Assembly (NCBI RefSeq): GCF_006345805.1
Contig: NC_043005.1
Span: 54,622,001-54,686,000 of the forward strand
DNA length: 64,000 nt
Source: Octopus sinensis
Lineage: Eukaryota
Direction of reading: 5' to 3'
In this document: piece by piece, positions 54,595-64,000 of the stretch
Layout: each line of letters begins with the position of its first letter
How positions within the stretch are numbered: the stretch's first letter is position 1
Notes under the pieces: model-generated
What the model was told of the DNA's origin: nothing
The model's input: only the letters and a program-made list of their open reading frames with translations
Database searches by the model: none
Made by a program: the position numbers and the translations under genes

Positions 54595-55320
54595 CCTTCA
54601 AAGTGTTATTTGATGTAGCTGTCATGAGTCCAAGAGAAGCTTCACTTTCATATTACTGTCTTCTTCAAGTCTTCAGGAAACATACCCATGAATAGTCTTT
54701 TTTTGGTATGCTGAGCATTTTACATTGAGGTCTTCCTTGAAGTATGTTTACACTGGCTAAGACACATATGCCAGTCCTTCAAAGTGTTATTTGATGTAGC
54801 TGTTCATGAGTCCAAGAAAGCTTTCACTTCCATATTACTGGTTCTTCAAGTCTTCAGGAAACATACCATGAATAGTCTTTTTTTGGTATGCTGAGCATTT
54901 TACATTGAGGTCTTCCTTGAAGTATGTTTACACTGGCTAAGACACATTCTCCACATGTGTCTTAGAGGATGGCCATATCTCAAAGGTCATTCTCTTTGAA
55001 GAGCTAGCATCTGGAAGAAGAACCACCTGCTGACCTCAGCTGCAATAAAGGGACGTTGTAAAAAGATATTAGAAGGCCCTTGTCATCAACACAGAGTCCT
55101 GGGAGAGCCTCACAGCTGACTGGCCAACATGGAGGAGTACCCTGAATGAACACCTCAGATCAAAGGAAAGGAGGTCAATGAGCACAGCAGCAGACAAGTG
55201 ACCCCAGCAACTCATGTATAGGTTTGTTTAGCTACTGGAGATGCTGCTCCAGTGGACCTGAAAACAGCAAGGATACTACCCATGGTCACCTCTAATCAAA
55301 GGAAGCCCTAAATAAAAGTC
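54595..55320 (+). mobile_element. Decayed RTE-clade LINE 3' region with an internal ~180-bp tandem duplication
   Basis: From 54965: EDGHISKVILFEELASGRRTTC*PQLQ*RDVVKRY*KALVINTESWESLTADWPTWRSTLNEHLRSKERR, the RTE C-terminal motif, preceded by SMFTL/LHWLRH. 54595-54767 is repeated at 54776-54947. Confidence 0.85.
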
Positions 55321-55562
55321 CAGCTGCTTTGGGGCTGTATGGGAGGTCATCAAGAAAAGAGTGCTTCCTGAGGAGTGTATGTATGAATGTTTTGTCTTTG
55401 CTTATTATCTGAAGATTGCTTAGTTTTAACCAGGTATGAAATTTGATGTATTGTCTTTATCGGACTATATTATTTTATGTATGTACATTATTCTACATTT
55501 GTACTGAATACTCTTTTTTGTGCAAACACTCATGACTGATTACATATATTACATATATACAT

Positions 55563-55614
<52 letters not shown>

Positions 55615-56231
55615 TCATCATCATCATCATTTAGCGTCCGTTCTCCATGCTAGCATGGGTATATATATATATGTATATATGTATGTGTGTGTGTATTATA
55701 TATATAATCAATTATATATATGAATGAACTTGTTGAATATGTATAATGTCTTATCAGTGTAAATTAATTTAATTGGACATTTCTATAGTTCATTAAAATT
55801 TGATTTCTTATTAATTAGATGTTTATTTGTGGCTTTATTGATTTATCTAAAATGGATTTATTGAGCAATGCTAATGTCTGATTTGTATTATTTATTTGTT
55901 TATTGAGAGTAAGTTTTATTGTGCAAATAAAAACAGATTCATAGTTAGGACCTTTCATTTTTTAGGCTAATTTTGATATTCTTTTAGTATTTTTTTACCA
56001 CAATATGTCTATAAAGTTGTTGTTTAGTCCCAGGCCAGCCTTGATTGAGAAGATCAGAGTTCAAATCATGACCATCCATCTATTTTTGGGGTTTTTCGTT
56101 TTTTTTTTTTTTTTTGTAAGTTCTGGTGTATACTGAACTATGTATTCCTAAGATGGTAGGACATGCTTTTAAGGGAAATCAGGCTACTGTTTCTTGGTAG
56201 TTGAGCAATATTCTAGTATATCATAGGGGTT

Positions 56232-57530
56232 ATCTTTACTCTTTTACTTTTTTACTTGTTTCAGTCAATTGACTGTGGCCATACTGGAGCACCACCTTAA
56301 AAGATTTTAGTCAAAAAATCAACCCGAGGACTTACTCTTTGTAAACTTAGTACTTATTCTCTTGGTCTCTTTTGCCAAACCACTAAATTACAGAGATATA
56401 AATACCAGCATCAGTTGTCACGTGATGGCACGGGGACAAACACAGACACATACACGCACATAAATATATATATATATATATATATATAAACACATATATA
56501 AATGCATATATATAAACGACAGGTTTCTGTCTACTGAATCTACTCACAAGGCTTTGGTTGGCCCAAGGCTATAGTAGAAGATACTTGCCCATGGTGCCAT
56601 GCAATAGGACTAAACCTGGAACCATGTGGTTAGGAGGCAAGCTTCTTACCCCACAGCCATGCCTGTGCCTATAAGCTTTTTTACCACACAGCTATACCTG
56701 GGCCTGTTGGTTTAAGTTGTAGGATTTCATAGAATCTGACTTATGACCCCATCTTTCATTTTCACAGTCAAACTTCTGAAAAAAGAAGTTGTAGATATGA
56801 ATCCAGTGCAGTTGGCAACTTTCACTTTTACAAGTAAATTAATATACATTATATCAGTAAAACTCAAATTTACGATAGAAGCTGAATAGTCTTGTAAATG
56901 AATTTGGTAAACATGAAATGAAAGCTCATTGTATTACATACATACACATGTATGAAGAAATCTTCTGCACATGTGTGTGTGTAAATATATGATTGATTGG
57001 GTGTATGCATGTGCATGTGTAAATAAAGATTTTGTGCAATAAATTTTATTGGCTACTGTTCTCATAATTGCCATAGCTGGAACATGTATATGGCATATTC
57101 TTTTATTCTTTTACTTGTTTCAGTCACATGACTGCAGCCATGCAAGAGCACCACCTTGAAGGGCTTCTTAGTCAAAGAAATCAACCCCAGGACTTATTTT
57201 TTGTAAGCCTAGTACTTATTCTACTGGTCTCTTTTGCTGGACCATTAAGTTACGGGGACATAAACACACCAGTTGTCAAGTGATGGTGGGGGGGGGCACA
57301 CAGAGACGCACAAACACACTCACATAAATACCTACATATACATATATATGAAGGTCTTCTTTCAATTTTCATCTACGAAATCCACTCACAAGGCTTCAGT
57401 CAGCCCGAGGCTATAGTAGAAGACACTTGCCCAAGGTACCACATAGTGGGACTGAACCTGAGGCCATATGGTAAGGAAACAAGCTTCCTACCACACAGCT
57501 GTGCTTGTGCCTATACACAGCCACGCCTGT
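56232..57530 (-). mobile_element. Two family A SINEs (56232-56675 and 57100-57530)
   Basis: Reverse complements of the consensus. Confidence 0.85.
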
Positions 57531-58705
57531 ACCTATTGTATAAATATATTCTTTATTCTTTTACTGGATTCATGCTAGGACACTGCCTTTAGCAGTTTAG
57601 TTATAGTCTGCTGTGCCAGCCATGTAATTTTTTTGCCTGTGAATTTGAAGGTTTTTTTTCCTGATGTTTATTGTGTTTTGATGCTCAAGATATAGTTTGC
57701 TTTGGATACTGTTACTCTATATCTTCAGTATGAAATCTTTGAATTTGTCAATGTCTTAAAGTTGTAGTGGTAATTCTTTGATGAGGGCAATATCGTTGTT
57801 GTTCCTTGAATAAGTCAGCTTCCCCTCATAAACGTTTTAGATCAAGTATTTCAAGTACTACATTTTTGTTAGTATAGGAATAATTTTTGCTGAATATACA
57901 AAGATAATGTTGTTGTTTCAGTTCAATTCTCAATATGTAAATAGAACTCAACCTTGAGGGATTTGCTCATACATTGAAATATTAGAGCTTGTCAACAAAA
58001 GTGGTAGGAAATCAATCTACATTGCAAGAGGGCAGACATACAAAAGCTTGACTGGAGCAACAAGCAGAACATTTACACAACACATACATATTTCCACAGT
58101 ATTTACAGAAGAAATGCAGCATCTCTATCTAAACATATTTGGGACTTAATGGAAAATAAATATAGATATAAAAGAAATTAAGCATTAATACACAGCGTAA
58201 ACATTTGCACAAATTGTTCTGAAACATGTCCTCTGTGCACCACAGAAAATGATGTTATATAATCACAATAAATATGCTTACTCAACAAAAGAAATGAGGT
58301 GGCTTTTATGTTATAGGATCAGAATAAATTCTGTTCTAAATTTGCATCTAAACTGTAAACAGAGTAAACATTCAATGAGACAATAGCAGCAGGGGCAAAA
58401 TGATATCAACACTAACATAAAACACAACAAATTAACCCTCAGAAAAGAATGAGAGTTTAGAGACAACAGACATTAAAAGCATTACCACTGCAGTGTATTA
58501 AATTATCTTTAATGTCTTTGTCAAATACAAAACTTGGGAGCTTTTCTCTGATGGAAAAACATCTGACTGACAAGGCTGCATTTCAAAAGTCACATACTGT
58601 TAAACCTATTATTCTATAAAATATATTTATTTATAAAACTGTAAAAAGTCTATCATGTATATGTGTATATATGTATATATGTATATGTGTGTGCATGTGT
58701 GTAAG

Positions 58706-58736
<31 letters not shown>

Positions 58737-59647
58737 ATGCGTGTGTGCGTGTGCATGTAACTTTGTGCTTGTGTGTGACTTTGTATTTGGGTCTGTTCTC
58801 CCAACAATTAGTGTCAGTTTGTAACTCAGGGGTTCGACAAAAGACATCAATAGAATTAGTATCAGACTTTGACAATAAATGGATGAGTCGATTTGTTCGA
58901 CCAAAACCAATCAAGGCACTGCCTCAGCATGGCCACAGTCCAGTGACTGAAACAAGTAAAAGACAAGAGATAAAGATATAGTTAATCCATGTAAATGACC
59001 TGGTCAAGGCCAGATATGTCTATTTGTATGTGTGTGTGTGTGTGTGTGTGTGTTACTATCTGCTTGCCTTGAGACCACATGATAGTTGTAAAGGAGTCTC
59101 ATGATGATGCTGATGATGACGACGATGATTATGATGACGGTGACAATGGCGATGATGATGATGAAGATGACAATAATGCTGATGATGATGATGATGATAA
59201 CAATGATGAGTTTCACACAGAAGCAACTCAGGAATGTCACACTCAAACCCTTCAGAAAATCTCTGAATGGTTACATTAGACATCTGATCTAATTTAACTA
59301 AATATTCTTTAAATGGTAAAGCATGATTTCTTGGAGATTATACAGCTATTTTTTTAGCATATCTAGTGAATGAACAAAAGGCTCCTTCATTAGCTAATAA
59401 ACGTTGATAACGCTGTGAAATTAGCAGGCTTTGTGGTTACTTTCAGATTGGAATATAAACGAAAGGCTAGACAATTGGAAATTGCTATTTGGCAGATATG
59501 AGTGATTTATATGACAAATGATGCATCAATTAATGTTTAATCATCTGGTGCTTATTTACATTAATTTATAATGCAAATGACTAACTATATCTAATTTCAT
59601 CTTCATCAAAATATCGCCTGATGTTGACAGTTTTGATAATATAGGCA

Positions 59648-59695
<48 letters not shown>

Positions 59696-60294
59696 GATAC
59701 ATACACACACACACACATATATGAGTCTGCATATATGAATGTATGTATGTATGTAGTATGTATGTATGAATGTATATATGTATGTATAGACATATTTTTA
59801 TATATACATGTCGATAGATAGATAAATAGACAGATGCATACATACATATACATGTATTCAAACACACACACACATATATATGTCTGTATGTATGTATACA
59901 TACATATATATATCTATAAATATATATATATATATGATATAAATAATATACAAATATTCTATAATTATAAACATAATTATAATTAGGGGTCAGCTAATTG
60001 CTTCACCACATACTGAATTTAGAAATAGGAGTTAAAAATTCCTCTTCTACTACTGTAAGAATCTCCATGACAGTAACACACTTTTTTACGTAGGCAAAGA
60101 GAAAAACAATGAATCAACACGACTCCGATTTGCCACATACGCGTTTTGAGATTAAAGTGTTAAATTACTTACTTCTCTCTTCAGTATAGCATTTCCAATT
60201 ATAAAATTTGAAATTGCTAGAGTTAAATATATATGTGACTGCTATTCCTGTGTGGGCCACTACAGCCACAGCAAATACTCTACCACCATCAGCA

Positions 60295-60652
60295 GCTAGA
60301 GCAACACCTTTAGTCGGGCAAATCAATCCCAGGACTTATTTTTTGTAAGCCTAGTACTTATTCTATCAGTCTTTTCTGCTGAACTGCTAAGTTACAAGGA
60401 TGTAAACACACCAACATCGTTTGTCAAGCGATGTTGGGGGGGACAAACACAAGCACACAAACATATACACACACATACATATATACATATATACACCGGG
60501 CTTCTTTCAGTTTCCGTCTGCCAAATCCACTCACAAGGCTTTGGTCAGCCCAAGGCTATAGTAGAAGACACTTGCCCAAGGTGCCACACAGTGGGACTGA
60601 ACTCGGAACCATGTGGCTGGTAAGCAAGCTACTTATCACACAGCCACTCCTA
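60295..60652 (-). mobile_element. Family A SINE (tail-truncated). Further partial copies at ~40555-40810(+), 50925-51095(+), 58690-58975(+), 63290-63440(+), 63865-64000(-)
   Basis: Consensus segments recognisable. Confidence 0.82.
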
Positions 60653-60675
60653 TATCTCTCTCTCTCTCTCTCTAC

Positions 60676-60708
<33 letters not shown>

Positions 60709-60736
60709 TATATGTATGTATGTATATATATTATAT

Positions 60737-60802
<66 letters not shown>

Positions 60803-60884
60803 CATACATATATATATATATATATATGTATATGTATATATATACATGTATGTATATATGTATATATATATGTCATTGGTTCAT

Positions 60885-60926
60885 TGACTGATGAGGAAAA
60901 CTCAGCTGTGAATATTCCGTGTATCA
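60885..60926 (+). ncRNA. Hammerhead remnant lacking the GAAA(C) segment
   Basis: tga CTGATGA ggaa...ttcc g tg TA tca; stems I and II present, AAAC missing. Confidence 0.4.
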
Positions 60927-62942
60927 TGTTTTTGTCTATATTAAGTTTTCATCTAGTTTCCCATTTGCTGTTGTTTGTCTAACTTATCCTCTTTATTGTG
61001 TTTTGTCTGTTCAACCTTTGATATATCTATATAATACGTATAAAAACATATGATAGTGGGGAAGAGTGAGAATGAATGCCACACACCACATTTGGTGAAT
61101 AAATAAAAAATATATATACGTGTGTGTGTGTAAGTATGTGTAAGTGTGTGTGTGTGTAAGTATGTGTAAGTGTGTGTCTATCTGTATGCATATGTCTATG
61201 TATATATTGCATTACATTATCTAATGATCTTTTCTTCTATTCTCAACCAATATGTAAAACTGAGACAATGTGAAGTGTTCTTTCTGTCCAGAAACACAGC
61301 AAAATGCCTAGGGTGTATTGGTGTTTGGGCTTAAGATTTCTGAGCAAATAATCCCAATAACTTACTTTTTCATACACTTCACCTCTGTAATGGTGATGAT
61401 AGCAACAGTTATGAGAATTAATATTATAAAAAAAAAAAAAAAATTTCATCATTGCAATAAACAAAACAAAAAACAGATTAACAAATTTCCATGTGATGAA
61501 AGAAGAAGCAATGATTTAATTTTAAAAGTAGGTGGGGAAGTAGAAAAAAAGAAGGTAACTTCAAATATATTTTTAAAATAGGTGAAGGCACAATAGCTGG
61601 TACATACAACATAGGAATGGCCAGTTTAAACGTATATTGGAAAGGCATTTTGAAAAATAAACAAGCAACATTTATGTTGAAAGGAAGATATTCCTCCAAA
61701 TGCACTTCAATATTTGGTAGGAGAATTTCTTTCCCATCTTTCTGTTGCTAATATGTATCGAAAATAATGTGAAAAAAATTATATTTTAGCAAGGTTTAAT
61801 TGATTTCTTTTGGAGTTTTTGATATTTATTAAAGTTGTGTGATGTCTGATTTTCATTTATATTTATATTTTATATTTCATATTTTTCATTTTAGACTTTT
61901 TATTTTTCAATTTTTATTTTTTCCTTCCCCTCTGTGTTATTTGGAAAGAATTTTTTTGTTGTTTAAAAACTAGACTATATAAAAAAAAATGCTTAAAGGA
62001 TTAAAGAAAAAAAATTAAATACTACTGCATCACACAGGAATAGAATTTCTGGTTTCTCTGCTAATGATTTAACATCACTATTTTTGTAAACATTTTAATA
62101 TTTAAGGCAGATATTACAACTTGGAGAAGATATGTATCAATAATTTGTGACAACAAAAGCAAATATATTATCTAGATGTATATCTAGATGTATAAAGTGC
62201 TTTTGTGTGTGAACGCATGTTTATGTGTGTATCTATATGCATGTGTGTGCATGTATGTGTGTGTGTGTGTGCATGTATGCATGTAAGCATGTGCACATAA
62301 AACTCTTGACTTGGTAATCGTGTTAGTTTTAAAACTATCAAAGGACCCAATGTTGAACACAAAATATTTTTATTTTTGAAATTAAACCATTTCTTCACCA
62401 CATGAAAATTTGTTAATTTATAGGGAGTGGGGTTGTTTATTGCAATGAAGGTCAATGATGAAATTTTTTCTTTTCCTTCTATAATGTTTATGCTCATAAC
62501 TAAGGCAGCAAGTCGGTAGAAACATTAGCATGCCAGGTGAAATGCTTAGCGGTATTTCGCCTGTCTGTGTTCTGAGTTCAAATTCCACTGAGGTCAACTT
62601 TGCCTTTCATCCTTTCGGGGTTGATAAATTAAGTACTAGTTACCACCTTTACACAATCTTTTTACTTAGGGACTAGTAGACCCGGCACTGTTTGATAATT
62701 GGTGCACATTCTAAGCCAGTGAACAGCAGTGATGATGCCTGTTTCACTTTGAATATCTTTAACAATTCAAAATAATGGATTTAATTCCTCTTAATTCACT
62801 TCAGTTCATCTAATTGTATTCATTTATCACTACTTTTCATAAAAAAGCCTTTTTTATTTAAATATCCAAAGTGCATTTTCACTTTTTTTCTTCGTACTTT
62901 CCCCTTATCTTTCCACATGTAGTTTCTATTTTCTTTTGAAAC

Positions 62943-63005
<63 letters not shown>

Positions 63006-64000
63006 TTTAGATATAGATATAGATATGTATAAAATTTAGAGAAAAACCTGTATTAAACAATTCAATAGTGAAAGACATTATTCACACCATATAGAAAAAG
63101 TTAAATATACTATAGAAAACATTATTCTAAAAATCAATAGAGTATATAAACAATAAATAGTAAATAGACTACGCGTGTTTTGTGGCTATATTTTCAAATA
63201 GATAATAATAATAAAATCAATTCGATTAAAACTAAATCGATCTAAAATTATTATTATTACATATATATATATAGATATATATTTATAGGAACAGGCAGGT
63301 TTCTCCCCAACCATGTGACTTAGGGTTAAGACCATATTTGCAACACCTTGCTCAAATGTCTTCTAATTTAGCCCCTGACTGTCCAAAGATTTGTGAGTAG
63401 ATTTCGTAGACAGAAACTGAAAGAAACCCATTGTATATATGTGTATGTGCATGTGTGTATGATATAAGCAACAGCCTAATGGGAAGGATTTTCACATATT
63501 TTTTTTAAATCTCTGATGTCTGAATCATCAGGGTGGTACCTATTACTCTGCTTACTTTAAAATATAAATGTTTATAAATCAGTAAGTAAATTAGTACTTA
63601 AAAAACATTTTTTTAAAAAATAATCATATATTATTTGGCAGCGAAATCATTTAGTTTAGATAAGTATGTAAGATAACACATGCAAGAAATGTGATGCAAC
63701 ATATTTTCAGTCTATGCTTCTTTTTTTGATGTTTTGTGTCTGTGTTGTTGTTGTTGTGTGTTGTTGTTGTTTGTCATTGTTGTTGCTGTCGTGGTTGTTG
63801 TTTGGCCCCTGTTCAGTCTTGATACAGTGGACATGTGATCGAAAGGTGTTACTACTACAACCATACTCTTTACTCTTTTACTTTTTTACTCTTTTACTTT
63901 TTTCAGTCATTTGACTGTGGCCATGCTGGAGCACCACCTTTAGTCAAGCAAATCGTCCCCAGGACTTATTCTTTGTAAGCCTAGTACTTATTCTATCAGT

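Overview
AT-rich, microsatellite-laden eukaryotic DNA. The SINE repertoire (tRNA-like heads with CORE-like and Nin/Deu-like bodies) suggests an octopus/cephalopod genome; this is an inference from memory, not a database hit. I could not identify any intact host gene with confidence. Almost all long ORFs in the supplied track are translations of (TA)n, (CA)n, (GATA)n or (GAT)n repeats or of SINEs. The window is a transposon graveyard: about 30 copies or fragments of one CORE-type SINE, three other tRNA-SINE families, RTE-type 3' tails, a decayed RTE LINE, an R4/Dong-like LINE tail in TAA repeats, Tc1/mariner remnants, a non-autonomous Helitron, a DINE/HINE-like element and a hAT-like MITE. The most notable signal is a set of type I hammerhead ribozyme (HHR) motifs tied to Penelope-like element (PLE) termini. 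One is canonical and sits right behind a GIY-YIG C-terminus (433-518), one is near-canonical (4313-4398), and several are degenerate. One pair, arranged head-to-head in a 284-bp palindrome, carries a compensatory G3-C8 core (GUGAACA) plus an extra nucleotide. Several long near-spacerless palindromes are centred on or next to HHR motifs. A composite retroposon of about 350-bp tandem units ending in an RTE tail occurs twice, once with a large 5' inversion.
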